A stretch of 64,000 nucleotides of DNA, from positions 402,579 through 466,578 of the forward strand of contig CAVSZL010000006.1 in assembly GCA_963732435.1 (NCBI GenBank), written 5' to 3'. A model generated the notes under the pieces. The model saw only the letters and a program-made list of their open reading frames with translations, was not told where the DNA came from and searched no databases. The stretch is from an uncultured Bacteroidales bacterium (GTDB lineage Bacteria > Bacteroidota > Bacteroidia > Bacteroidales > VadinHA17). Both the position numbers and the translations under genes were made by a program. Below, piece by piece: positions 37,572-47,068 of this stretch. How positions within the stretch are numbered: position 1 is the stretch's first letter; every line of letters starts with the position of its first letter.

Positions 37572-37587
37572 TGGAACATAGTTTGAA
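37572..37587 (+). promoter_or_regulatory. Degenerate -24/-12-like element TGGAAC-ATAGT-TTGA, 57 nt upstream of hsp20
   Basis: Sigma-54 spacing is preserved, but the -12 GC reads GA and -24 reads GGAA. Matches the grpE-upstream element. Confidence 0.3.
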
Positions 37588-37642
37588 ACATGGTACATGT
37601 AATATTAAAAATGTTAAACTTAAATTATAGGAGGACAAAACC

Positions 37643-38068
37643 ATGTTACCAACAATTACAAGAAGAAGTTTCAGGCCATTTTACATGCCTAACTTATTTG
37701 ATGATGATTTCTTTTCCGGATTAAACAACAGAACTTTTTCAATGCCGTCAGTAAACATACTGGAAGATGAAAAGAACTATAAGCTTGAGCTTGCTGTTCC
37801 GGGTATTGATAAGAAAGAGCTCAAAATTGACATAAACGAGGATGTTCTTACAATCTCATCGGAGGTAAAAAGCAGAAATGAAGAGAACAATGATGGGTAT
37901 AAAAGAAAAGAATTCAACTATGCTTCTTTCTGCAGAAGCTTCTACATTCCTGAAAATGTCGACAGGGATAAAATAGAGGCTAACTACAAGGATGGAATTC
38001 TTTATGTCGGCCTTCCAAAACAGGAAGAGGAGAAAAACAATATTACCAGACAGATAGAAATATCATAA
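37643..38068 (+). CDS. Hsp20/alpha-crystallin small heat-shock protein
   Basis: Alpha-crystallin domain ('ELAVPGIDKKELKIDI...', 'DGILYVGLPK'). An AGGAGG Shine-Dalgarno sequence lies 8 nt upstream. Confidence 0.9.
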   Translation: MLPTITRRSFRPFYMPNLFDDDFFSGLNNRTFSMPSVNILEDEKNYKLELAVPGIDKKELKIDINEDVLTISSEVKSRNEENNDGYKRKEFNYASFCRSFYIPENVDRDKIEANYKDGILYVGLPKQEEEKNNITRQIEIS

Positions 38069-38074
38069 TCCTTT

Positions 38075-38105
38075 AAAAAATCCCGGATACTAACCGGGAT
38101 TTTTC
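38075..38105. terminator. Bidirectional intrinsic terminator between hsp20 (+) and the flavodiiron gene (-)
   Basis: Perfect 11-bp stem AAAAATCCCGG / CCGGGATTTTT with a 7-nt loop. An A-tract and a T-tract flank it on either side. Confidence 0.7.
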
Positions 38106-39325
38106 ATTTGTTCGCAACCTTCAAGAAATTTCACTGCAAACTCACGTCCGAAATCTTTCAGGAGTTTCTCCTTGGAGCCACCCGGTGAGAATTTGAAAAT
38201 GGCCATATCTTCAAAGATCTTAAGTTTTAATAGCCGCAGGTTTTCAATAATTATCTTAGGTGCTTCACCGCTCCATCCGTATGAGCCGAATGAGCCTGCA
38301 AGTTTACCTCTGTCTCTTAATGGACTGATCAGAGCAAACAGTTTATATACTGGCAGAAATGTCGTCTGGTTGATCGTCGGAGATCCGACTATCAATGCAT
38401 CAGCCCAGATCAATTTTGATTCCAGCTCACCCATATCAATATTCTCAATATCAGAAATCTCAACATTTATGTCATCATGTTCATTGATTCCCTCAGCAAT
38501 CAATTCAGCAGCTTCTTTGGTATAGCCATAAGCCGAAACATAAGCAATCAGTATATTCCTGTGATTTCTCTCAACAGTATTCTGCATATAATCAGTTGCA
38601 TACTTTTCTGACAAACCGATAGCCTTTTTAATATTCTTTTGGTGTACCGGTCCATGTCCGGTACATATGAAATCTATCTCCAGAGGTTTGATCTTCTCTA
38701 TTGCTTTCAGCATAAACCTGCTGTAGGGTTTCAGAATAACATCAAAATAATACTTAAATGCTGATGTATATTCTTCAGTAAAATCACTGAATATTTCCGG
38801 GGTACAGTAATGTGCACCAAATGAATCGCATGTGAAGAGAACCTTATCTTCTTCGAGATAGGTATAAATTGAATCGGGCCAGTGAAGATTAGGGGCCATA
38901 ATGAACCTGAGTGTTTTGTTACCCAGATCAAGCTTATCCCCGTCTTTTACAATTAATGATTTGAAAGGCACGTTAATTATATCTTCAATATAACGTATGG
39001 CACTACCACTTCCCACAACAGTTGCATAAGGTGCCAGTTCAAGCAGAAGCCGCAGACTTCCTGAATGATCAGGTTCTGTATGGTCAAGAATAATATAATC
39101 TATTTCAGCAGGATCACTTACAGATCTCAGTTTTTTAAGATAATTATCAATGAATTTTTCTTTGGCTACTTCAATTATTGCCTTCTTCTGAGAATTAATA
39201 AAGTAAGAATTATATGTAGTACCATGCCCGGTACTCATTACAATATCAAAGGTCCTTATATCATAGTCAAGTATACCTATCCATTTAACATCACTTGTTA
39301 TCTCTACAACTTTATCATCAATCAT
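38090..39325 (-). CDS. FprA-type flavodiiron protein (metallo-beta-lactamase domain plus flavodoxin domain), O2/NO reductase
   Basis: Di-iron motif 'LDHTEPDHSG' and a C-terminal flavodoxin-like domain. ATG at 39325 preferred; the longer ORF would overlap psd. Confidence 0.8.
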   Translation of the reverse strand: MIDDKVVEITSDVKWIGILDYDIRTFDIVMSTGHGTTYNSYFINSQKKAIIEVAKEKFIDNYLKKLRSVSDPAEIDYIILDHTEPDHSGSLRLLLELAPYATVVGSGSAIRYIEDIINVPFKSLIVKDGDKLDLGNKTLRFIMAPNLHWPDSIYTYLEEDKVLFTCDSFGAHYCTPEIFSDFTEEYTSAFKYYFDVILKPYSRFMLKAIEKIKPLEIDFICTGHGPVHQKNIKKAIGLSEKYATDYMQNTVERNHRNILIAYVSAYGYTKEAAELIAEGINEHDDINVEISDIENIDMGELESKLIWADALIVGSPTINQTTFLPVYKLFALISPLRDRGKLAGSFGSYGWSGEAPKIIIENLRLLKLKIFEDMAIFKFSPGGSKEKLLKDFGREFAVKFLEGCEQMKNPG

Positions 39326-39344
39326 ATTCAAAATAATAACAAAT

Positions 39345-40001
39345 TTATATTCTTGCAATAATGCTTTTATTTGCCCTCACCTGCTGAAGTATCGGAACTT
39401 CAATTTCAGTACCCAGCGGGAGAAAAATATCCACACGCGATCCGAACTTAATAAATCCGAGCTCCCCACCCTGAGTTACATCCTGGTTTTCCTTCGAGTA
39501 GGTTACAATCCTGCGGGCAACAGCGCCGGCTATCTGCCGTATCAGAATTTCAGGTCCTTTTGTGGTTTCTATTACAATAGTACTCCTCTCATTCAGCTCA
39601 GAGGATTTAGGATGCCAAGCTACCATATTATGCCCCGGATGATAACTGACATATTTAACCTTGCCTGACACAGGGTATCTGTTGCTGTGGATGTTGAATG
39701 GAGACATAAAAATTGAAACCTGAAGGCGATTATCTTTAAAATATTCGTTTTCAACTGTTTCTTCAATAACAACAACTTTGCCGTCGGCAGGTGCATATAT
39801 TAATCCCGGATCAGGATCCATGGCCCTTTCAGGAAATCTGAAAAAAAACAGTAAGAAAATATAAAGGAAGGTAGAACATATTATAAATGCCCATCTTAAA
39901 ATCTCTTTGTCTATCCAGATAATATTCACTGCAACATTAAGTAACAGTAAGATCAAAAAACCAAAACCTAAAATTTTATATCCCTCTTTATGAATACTCA
40001 T
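39345..40001 (-). CDS. psd: Phosphatidylserine decarboxylase proenzyme
   Basis: N-terminal TM segments and a self-cleavage region 'FIKFGSRVDIFLP' (G-S site). Confidence 0.85.
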   Translation of the reverse strand: MSIHKEGYKILGFGFLILLLLNVAVNIIWIDKEILRWAFIICSTFLYIFLLFFFRFPERAMDPDPGLIYAPADGKVVVIEETVENEYFKDNRLQVSIFMSPFNIHSNRYPVSGKVKYVSYHPGHNMVAWHPKSSELNERSTIVIETTKGPEILIRQIAGAVARRIVTYSKENQDVTQGGELGFIKFGSRVDIFLPLGTEIEVPILQQVRANKSIIARI

Positions 40002-40040
40002 TTCTTAAAAATTTGCACAAAACTAATCAAGTCCGGTCAA

Positions 40041-40883
40041 TCATCCAAAAAGTAAAATAAAAAGATAAACCAGGGGGAAAGAAATTATTGTACTATCAAA
40101 CCTGTCGAGAAATCCACCATGACCTGGCATGATTGAACCAGAATCTTTTACGCCAGTACTTCTTTTGAGCATTGACTCTAAAAGATCTCCAAATGTACCT
40201 GCTATAGAAATAATTACAGAAACAGCTAACCATCCGGATCTGTCAACAACACCGAGCAAACCTGATAAAAACCAGCTCACAACAAGTGCCAGAAAAAGTC
40301 CTCCGAAGAAACCTTCCCAAGTTTTTTTGGGTGAAATACGTTCAAAGAGCTTGTGCCGGCCAAATGAGACACCAGCCAGATATGCACCGGAATCGTTTGC
40401 CCATACAAGAAAAAAGAAACCAATTACAATCCCGGGTGAAAAAGTGAGGCTTTCATAAGGGATCAGTGTTTCGATACCTGATCTACCGAAAGCAGAAAAA
40501 GGAAACATTGAAAATGGAAGTGCAATGTAAAGCACCGGAAAAAATGTGTGTGCCAGGGAATCGAAAGGTTTATCCTGAAACCTGAACAGTTCACTTAACA
40601 TTATGACTGTAGCAATCGGGATCAGCAGAAGAAACATTTTCGCTGGTAAAATTCCGGAGGCAATTAGTGTTGACAGTGTATAAAGAGATATGCCAATAAT
40701 AATTCCGGACCACATGCGTGGATTTACACCACTTTTACGGATAATAAGATAATATTCATAATTTGATCCGATCAGAATTACCAATCCTGTTATAAGGAAG
40801 GAAACCGGATGGAGCAATAAGCCTCCCAAAAGGAATATTACAATCCATGCTGCAGTTATAGTACGTCTGAAAAAATTACTCAA
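40041..40883 (-). CDS. cdsA: Phosphatidate cytidylyltransferase
   Basis: Signature 'SMLKRSTGVKDSGSIMPGHGGFLDRFDS'. Confidence 0.9.
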   Translation of the reverse strand: MSNFFRRTITAAWIVIFLLGGLLLHPVSFLITGLVILIGSNYEYYLIIRKSGVNPRMWSGIIIGISLYTLSTLIASGILPAKMFLLLIPIATVIMLSELFRFQDKPFDSLAHTFFPVLYIALPFSMFPFSAFGRSGIETLIPYESLTFSPGIVIGFFFLVWANDSGAYLAGVSFGRHKLFERISPKKTWEGFFGGLFLALVVSWFLSGLLGVVDRSGWLAVSVIISIAGTFGDLLESMLKRSTGVKDSGSIMPGHGGFLDRFDSTIISFPLVYLFILLFG

Positions 40884-40895
40884 AACTTCAGTATA

Positions 40896-43046
40896 TTATT
40901 TTTTGTCCTTAGGTTTGGTATTCTTTGCAGTCTTTTTACCTGTTGCATTTTCAGGTGACTCTTTTTTGACCTTCAATTCTGGTTCTGAGTTCTCTGTTAA
41001 ATTATTTGCTGATCTTTTCTTCTTTTTTGTTTTACCAGGAGTATTATTTTTTTGTTCAGCAGCGGCAATACTGAGGGCTTCTTTCTCTTCCTTTAACAGA
41101 TCAGCTTTGCGTTTTCCGAAAATCCTCTCAAGGTCTTCACTGAATATTACCTCTTTTTCAAGAAGAATTTCAGCAAGCTCTGTCAACCCCTTAATATTGT
41201 TTTTAAGGACCTCTTTTGCCTTTGTATAGGACTCGACAATTATTTGATTAACCTCAGAGTCAATGAGTTCAGCTGTCTTTTCACTGTATGGCTTTGTGAA
41301 GCCAAAATCAGACTGCCCTGATGAATCGTAAAAACTTATATTACCAATCTTTTCACTCATCCCAAAGAAGGAGACCATGGCATAAGCCTGCTTGGTAATC
41401 TTCTCAAGATCACTGAGAGCCCCGGTTGAAATTTTTCCAAATATAAGTTCTTCTGAAGCCCTTCCTCCCAGAGCATATGCCATCTCATCAAGTATCTGCT
41501 CACGTGTTGTCAGTTGTCTTTCCTCAGGAAGATACCAGGCAGCACCAAGAGCTCTTCCCCGTGGTATGATTGTTACTTTCAGCAGAGGGCTTGCATGTTC
41601 AAGCATCCAGCTAACGGTAGCATGACCTGCTTCGTGATATGCAATTGTCTTCTTTTCCTCTTTTGAAATTATCTTTGTTTTTCTTTCCAATCCTCCAACA
41701 ATACGGTCGACAGCATCCAGAAAATCCTGTCTTTCCACAACAGTTTTATTTTTTCTGGCTGCAATCAGAGCGGCCTCATTACAAACATTTGCGATATCAG
41801 CACCTGAAAAACCCGGTGTTTGTTTAGCCATGAAGGCGATATCGAAGTTTTTCTCAAGTTTTATCGGTCGAAGGTGTACCTTAAATATAGCTTCACGTTC
41901 AGTAATATCAGGCAGTTCAACATGAATCTGCCTGTCAAAACGACCTGCCCTCATCAGAGCTCTGTCGAGGATATCTGCTCTGTTTGTTGCGGCCAGAATA
42001 ATTACCCCCATGTTGGTTCCGAAACCGTCCATCTCTGTCAGCAACTGGTTCAGGGTATTCTCCCTCTCATCGTTTGAACCGAAGTTTGCATTTCTTCCAC
42101 GTGCCCGACCTACTGCATCAATCTCATCAATAAAGACTATACACGGAGCCTTTTCCTTTGCCTGTTTGAAAAGATCTCTTACCCTTGAAGCGCCTACTCC
42201 AACAAACATTTCAACAAAATCTGAACCTGATATAGAGAAGAAAGGCACATTAGCTTCGCCTGCCACAGCTTTGGCGAGCATGGTCTTTCCTGTTCCGGGA
42301 GGACCTATCAGAAGAGCACCCTTTGGAATTTTACCTCCAAGCTGAGTATATTTCTTCGGATTCTTAAGAAAATCAACGATCTCCATTACTTCTGTCTTTG
42401 CCTCTTCAAGTCCGGCAACATCATTGAAGTTGAGTTTAACATTGGTATCTTTATCGAAGATCTGGGCACGTGACTTACCTACACTGAAAATACCTCCTGC
42501 TCCTCCTGCTCCTCCTCCTGACATCCGTTTCATCATAAACAACCACAAACCTATCAGCAGTACAGGAAACAACAACCATGAGAGAATATCTCCGACCCAG
42601 TTTTTCCGTGTCTGGTAATCAGGATAGATTAACTCCTTTTCAGCATAGCCTGCACTTTTCTGAGCCTCTATAAGGAAAGGTTCAAAACTGCTAATATCTC
42701 CGATATTGTAGGTGAAGTGCGGTTTTGGAACCGACATACCAAAGCCTGTACCACCGGGCTTAGGAAGCTTAGGATATCTCCCGGATTCAACAGCCTCTTT
42801 CTTAAGATAGATTTCAGCCTGTTCCTTATTTATTACTATGAGCTTTTCAATATCCCGGTTAGCAATCATCTCTTTAATCTCACTGGTAGAGGTCTTCTGT
42901 ACGCTTCCCCCGGAATATAAAACCTGAAAAAGAATTACTGAAACAGCGAGAATTGCAAAAATCCAATTGGTATTAAACTTTGGTTTACTGTTTTTATCAG
43001 ATTTCTTTTCAGGATTCTGATTATTATTATTTGTATCCCTTGTCAT
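40896..43046 (-). CDS. ftsH: ATP-dependent zinc metalloprotease FtsH
   Basis: Walker A 'GPPGTGKT', an SRH region, the zinc site 'HEAGHA', and a lysine-rich C-terminal tail. Confidence 0.95.
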   Translation of the reverse strand: MTRDTNNNNQNPEKKSDKNSKPKFNTNWIFAILAVSVILFQVLYSGGSVQKTSTSEIKEMIANRDIEKLIVINKEQAEIYLKKEAVESGRYPKLPKPGGTGFGMSVPKPHFTYNIGDISSFEPFLIEAQKSAGYAEKELIYPDYQTRKNWVGDILSWLLFPVLLIGLWLFMMKRMSGGGAGGAGGIFSVGKSRAQIFDKDTNVKLNFNDVAGLEEAKTEVMEIVDFLKNPKKYTQLGGKIPKGALLIGPPGTGKTMLAKAVAGEANVPFFSISGSDFVEMFVGVGASRVRDLFKQAKEKAPCIVFIDEIDAVGRARGRNANFGSNDERENTLNQLLTEMDGFGTNMGVIILAATNRADILDRALMRAGRFDRQIHVELPDITEREAIFKVHLRPIKLEKNFDIAFMAKQTPGFSGADIANVCNEAALIAARKNKTVVERQDFLDAVDRIVGGLERKTKIISKEEKKTIAYHEAGHATVSWMLEHASPLLKVTIIPRGRALGAAWYLPEERQLTTREQILDEMAYALGGRASEELIFGKISTGALSDLEKITKQAYAMVSFFGMSEKIGNISFYDSSGQSDFGFTKPYSEKTAELIDSEVNQIIVESYTKAKEVLKNNIKGLTELAEILLEKEVIFSEDLERIFGKRKADLLKEEKEALSIAAAEQKNNTPGKTKKKKRSANNLTENSEPELKVKKESPENATGKKTAKNTKPKDKK

Positions 43047-43057
43047 AAATATTTAAC

Positions 43058-43432
43058 TTACTGTGTTTTATCTTCAACTTTATTTATTGTGGCATCTGCC
43101 CATAGCGACTCAAGACTGTAAAAATTTCTATATTCCTCAATAAAAACATGAACAATAACATTACCATAATCAAGAAGTACCCAGAAACAATTATCAAGTC
43201 CTTCGATATGAGATGGTTTCTCTTTTACACCCTTTATTACAGTTTCTTCTATTGAATCACATATTGCGCTAACCTGGGTTCCTGACTGAGCGTGACAAAT
43301 AACAAAATAATCTGCTATTCTGTTTTCAAGCTTTCTCAGGTCAATTTTTATAACATTATCTCCTTTCTTCTCAAAGATTCCTTTTACAACACTATCTAAA
43401 AGTTTTTCTGTACTGTCTGTTTTTTTCTTCAT
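43058..43432 (-). CDS. rsfS: Ribosome silencing factor RsfS
   Basis: 124 aa, 'DYFVICHAQSGTQ' and 'DYGNVIVHVF'. Confidence 0.85.
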   Translation of the reverse strand: MKKKTDSTEKLLDSVVKGIFEKKGDNVIKIDLRKLENRIADYFVICHAQSGTQVSAICDSIEETVIKGVKEKPSHIEGLDNCFWVLLDYGNVIVHVFIEEYRNFYSLESLWADATINKVEDKTQ

Positions 43433-43461
43433 TAATGCTTTATCAGTTTGATATTAAGTCG

Positions 43462-43469
43462 CAAAAGTA
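43462..43469 (-). promoter_or_regulatory. Candidate -7 box TACTTTTG, 29 nt before the rsfS ATG
   Basis: Exact TAnnTTTG match on the minus strand, downstream of the sigma-54 element. Confidence 0.4.
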
Positions 43470-43504
43470 CCATTTTTATCTGTAATTTTATACCGAACAC
43501 CTTT

Positions 43505-43520
43505 TGCAATTTCAATGCCA
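43505..43520 (-). promoter_or_regulatory. Sigma-54 (RpoN) -24/-12 promoter TGGCAT-TGAAA-TTGCA upstream of rsfS-ftsH
   Basis: The minus strand reads TTGGCATTGAAATTGCAA. GG and GC are at the consensus spacing (TGGCAC-N5-TTGCW). Intergenic and correctly oriented. Confidence 0.65.
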
Positions 43521-43585
43521 ATAATTACCAAAATTGAGAATCTATAATTTAAAACTATAACCATTCATCCAAAGGCCTGTAAACC

Positions 43586-44326
43586 ATGATTATAGGATCA
43601 AAACTAATTTTTCTTGAAAACCTGCCATCGACAAATGACTATGGAGCTGAACTACTTAAAAGAGAAGATCATAATGAAGGAACTATTATCAGCACCAATT
43701 ACCAGTCGAAGGGTCGTGGACAGGCTGAGAACAAATGGGAAAGTGAAGATGGTAAGAATCTGTTAATAAGTATTTTACTATCTCCTTTTATGATAGCCCC
43801 ATCCGATCAGTTCCTTATTTCAATTACTATTTCACTGGGGATAAGTGATTTTATTTTGCGATACTGCCCTTCCTGTACTATTAAATGGCCCAATGACATT
43901 TATGTAGATAATGACAAAATAGCAGGTATTCTGATTGAAAACACTATTTTGGGTGACCATATTGAAAATACAATTGCTGGTATCGGAATTAACATAAATC
44001 AGCAGAAGTTTATCAGTGATGCCCCTAATCCGGTTTCATTGAGTCAGCTCACCGGAAAGTATTACGATCTCAACGATTGTCTCAGACAACTGTGTTCCGA
44101 TCTGGATAAAAGGTATAAACAACTTATTGCAGAAGATTTTACAATACTCAGAAATGATTATAATTCAAGATTATACCGTCTTAACAAGTGGCATAACTTC
44201 AGAGATCAGGAAGAGATCTTTTCCGGCCGTATTATATCTGTAACAAACAATGGAAGATTACAGGTGGAGAAAAAGGATGGGAATATATCTGAATATGAAT
44301 TTAAGGGGATTGATTATATTATTTAA
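43586..44326 (+). CDS. birA: Biotin--[acetyl-CoA-carboxylase] ligase (group I, no N-terminal HTH)
   Basis: 'GRGQAENKWES' matches the GRGRxGRxW motif; also 'KWPNDIY'. 246 aa. Confidence 0.85.
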   Translation: MIIGSKLIFLENLPSTNDYGAELLKREDHNEGTIISTNYQSKGRGQAENKWESEDGKNLLISILLSPFMIAPSDQFLISITISLGISDFILRYCPSCTIKWPNDIYVDNDKIAGILIENTILGDHIENTIAGIGININQQKFISDAPNPVSLSQLTGKYYDLNDCLRQLCSDLDKRYKQLIAEDFTILRNDYNSRLYRLNKWHNFRDQEEIFSGRIISVTNNGRLQVEKKDGNISEYEFKGIDYII

Positions 44327-44747
44327 CAGGGTTCCAGTTTCTGAATACTTCCATTTCAGAGATCAGTGACTCAAGAAATTGGTTAATTGGTTTTGCTGCA
44401 ATCATTTTCATCATAGGATTAAGATCAGCACTAAGGAATACCTCAACTTCAGCACTGTCTGAAAGAACATTCTTAATGTTTAAAGTCAGATTGAAATCAT
44501 TTTTCTTAAGTGCATCACCCTCAAACACTACTCTCTTATTCATCTCTTTTTCTGAAATCCTTAAAGTGACAATCCCGAGCATTGACACGCTAAAACTGCA
44601 CGATTCCTTCTCTGCCTGCCAGTTATTGATTGTTCCGGCCGGAATAAATTGCTCAAAGTTCCTTATATCAGTTACAAAATTGTATATTCCTTCTGATGAG
44701 CATGATACATAACCTACCCTGCTGCTATATTGAGAATTAAATGACAT
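44319..44747 (-). CDS. Hypothetical protein, possibly SRPBCC/START-like fold
   Basis: 142 aa, soluble. The alternating beta / C-terminal helix pattern is only suggestive. Confidence 0.3.
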   Translation of the reverse strand: MSFNSQYSSRVGYVSCSSEGIYNFVTDIRNFEQFIPAGTINNWQAEKESCSFSVSMLGIVTLRISEKEMNKRVVFEGDALKKNDFNLTLNIKNVLSDSAEVEVFLSADLNPMMKMIAAKPINQFLESLISEMEVFRNWNPVK

Positions 44748-44807
44748 ATTTTATAGAATAATGTTGTTTAAGGCAAACCAAACTTTGAAAAGCAACCCGG
44801 TGGAATA

Positions 44808-45293
44808 TTAATAATTAAAGAATATTTTCTCCATATTCTTCCAGGAAGTGTATCCTTTAAGAGGTATCTGCATCGGGTCACATAACTTCAACCACTCAAT
44901 ATTGCGAGGTTCTGCACTCAGTTTTGCCATATCACCTTCAAAATCCTTTCCCCAGTATTCATAATATCCGAACTCATAATAATTTCCATCTTCCAGCTGA
45001 GTCATGAAAATTGAGAAATTCCTCATATTATACCTGGTTAACAGATCCCTTACACCAGGATTAGTATCGGAATGAGCAGCCAGATATTCCTCAATCCGTT
45101 CAGGATTGATTTTGATCACCATGCCAACTCTCCTGACATTTTTATGATCAGAAATCTCAAGGGTCATTTCAGGGGTTTTTACAACAGTTCCACTATTTTC
45201 AGCATTAGTGGTTTTCCTGTTACCGCAACCAAAAAACATCCAGGTCAGTGATATTAAAACTATTAGTCCCGCCTTATACATTAATGCTTTCAT
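44808..45293 (-). CDS. L-rhamnose mutarotase-like (DUF718/RhaM fold) lipoprotein
   Basis: Lipobox 'FFGCGN' and a core 'INPERIEEYLAAH...NFSIF...YYEFGYYEYWG' resembling RhaM-family proteins. Confidence 0.5.
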   Translation of the reverse strand: MKALMYKAGLIVLISLTWMFFGCGNRKTTNAENSGTVVKTPEMTLEISDHKNVRRVGMVIKINPERIEEYLAAHSDTNPGVRDLLTRYNMRNFSIFMTQLEDGNYYEFGYYEYWGKDFEGDMAKLSAEPRNIEWLKLCDPMQIPLKGYTSWKNMEKIFFNY

Positions 45294-45332
45294 TGTAAGA
45301 TTGTCTTAATAAATGAGAATTTTTTACAGATG

Positions 45333-45965
45333 TCAAGCATGCCAGACAGAGGGATCGACTCTCCAATTTTTTAATGTCTCCACTTCCGATTGTCCAATAA
45401 ATCCGGTATTTAAAGCAGCTTCAATAAGAACAGAATAATTACTCAGAGTATGTAATGAACAGTTCACAGCTTTAAAAGCATCATCAGCTTTTTTGAACTC
45501 ATAAGTGAATATGGCAACCATTCCCAACACGATGCAACCAGCCTCTCTTAATGCTTTTACAGCACCCAGACTGCTTCCTCCTGTCGATATAAGGTCTTCA
45601 ATTACAACAACCTTCTGGCCGGGTTTGAAAGATCCTTCAATCTGGTTACCCAGTCCGTGTTCCTTTGCTTCTGACCTTACATAGATGAACGGCTTACCAA
45701 GTTTATCTGCAACAAGAGCGCCATGGGCTATGGCCCCTGTTGCGACACCGGCGATCAGATCTGCATCAGGATAAAGATCGCTAATCATAGTTGAGAATGA
45801 GTCACGTAGATATGACCTGACCTCTGGAAAAGAAAGTGTTTTGCGATTATCACAATAAATTGGAGATTTCCATCCTGAGGCCCATGTAAATGGATTTGAT
45901 GGTTGTAATTTTATTGCTTTAATTTGTAAAAGATATTCGGCTGTTTTTTTTGCTATATTCTCCAT
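45333..45965 (-). CDS. pyrE: Orotate phosphoribosyltransferase
   Basis: PRPP-binding loop 'VVVIEDLISTGGSS'. ATG at 45965 preferred to 45986. Confidence 0.9.
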   Translation of the reverse strand: MENIAKKTAEYLLQIKAIKLQPSNPFTWASGWKSPIYCDNRKTLSFPEVRSYLRDSFSTMISDLYPDADLIAGVATGAIAHGALVADKLGKPFIYVRSEAKEHGLGNQIEGSFKPGQKVVVIEDLISTGGSSLGAVKALREAGCIVLGMVAIFTYEFKKADDAFKAVNCSLHTLSNYSVLIEAALNTGFIGQSEVETLKNWRVDPSVWHA

Positions 45966-45971
45966 AAAAAA

Positions 45972-46589
45972 ATGTATAAAGTCCACTTTGAAAACAGATT
46001 CATAGTATTAAGCTCTGAACCTGACCGGTTACAAAAGTACAGCTTATTCCATAAATTCTATGCTACTACTGAACTTTATAAATTAATCAGTGATTTTCAG
46101 GCAGATACGACCATTTCCTCTATTAATATTTATGGAACAAACATCCTCCACTTATGGAAAATATTCAGAATTTATTTCACAGAGGTAGGAGCAGCAGGAG
46201 GACTTGTAAAACACGCCTCAGGCAGATACCTCTTTATTGAAAAAAAAGGCAGACTCGATCTCCCGAAAGGACATCTTGAACCAGATGAAGAGCCCGAAAC
46301 CTGTGCATTAAGAGAGGTTTCTGAAGAGTGTGGTTTAAGTGGTCATACGATTATTAAACCTCTAAATCCCACATATCATACTTACACCTGGGAAGGGATA
46401 TCTTACCTTAAAAAAACCAGCTGGTTTCTAATGAATTATGATGGGGAGATGGTTATTAAACCTCAGAAATCCGAGGGAATCACAAAAGTTGAGTGGCTTT
46501 TTCCGGATGACCTGAATAAGATAAAGATTAATGCCTGGCTCTCTCTGATGGAAGTAATCAACTCATCGGTCCTAGGAACATTCAGTTAA
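45972..46589 (+). CDS. NUDIX hydrolase
   Basis: Nudix box 'GHLEPDEEPETCALREVSEECGL'. Confidence 0.8.
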   Translation: MYKVHFENRFIVLSSEPDRLQKYSLFHKFYATTELYKLISDFQADTTISSINIYGTNILHLWKIFRIYFTEVGAAGGLVKHASGRYLFIEKKGRLDLPKGHLEPDEEPETCALREVSEECGLSGHTIIKPLNPTYHTYTWEGISYLKKTSWFLMNYDGEMVIKPQKSEGITKVEWLFPDDLNKIKINAWLSLMEVINSSVLGTFS

Positions 46590-47068
46590 TCTGCATTCCC
46601 CTTGTATTTCTTAAGGTTTATCGCTGCCGGAACAAATCTGGAAGCATCGCCTCCGCTTCTCAGAATATCGCGCACGATAGTTGAATTTATATAAGAATGA
46701 TCAGGTGCAGTTAGCATAAAGACCGATTCTATATCCGGAGCCATTGATTTATTTACCTGCCCGATGGCTCTTTCAAACTCGAAGTCAGCAGAAGTTCTTA
46801 ATCCCCTTAAGAGATATCCTGCGCCTTTCTTTCTGCAGTAATCAACAGTCAGCCCCTCATAATGATCAACTTTTACACTGGGGATATCCTTAAACACAGT
46901 GGAGATCATCTCTTTTCTGACAGAGAGTGGATAGTAACTCTTTTTCAGGGCATTACTGCCGACGGCAATAATTATCTCATCAAAAAGGTTAATTGCTCTT
47001 CTTACGATTGATTCATGCCCGATAGTGAATGGATCAAATGATCCGGGAAATACTGCGATCTTTTTCAT
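46586..47068 (-). CDS. coaD: Phosphopantetheine adenylyltransferase
   Basis: 'FPGSFDPFTIGHESIV' (T/HxGH motif). 160 aa. Its ATG overlaps the lon stop by 4 nt. Confidence 0.9.
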   Translation of the reverse strand: MKKIAVFPGSFDPFTIGHESIVRRAINLFDEIIIAVGSNALKKSYYPLSVRKEMISTVFKDIPSVKVDHYEGLTVDYCRKKGAGYLLRGLRTSADFEFERAIGQVNKSMAPDIESVFMLTAPDHSYINSTIVRDILRSGGDASRFVPAAINLKKYKGNAD

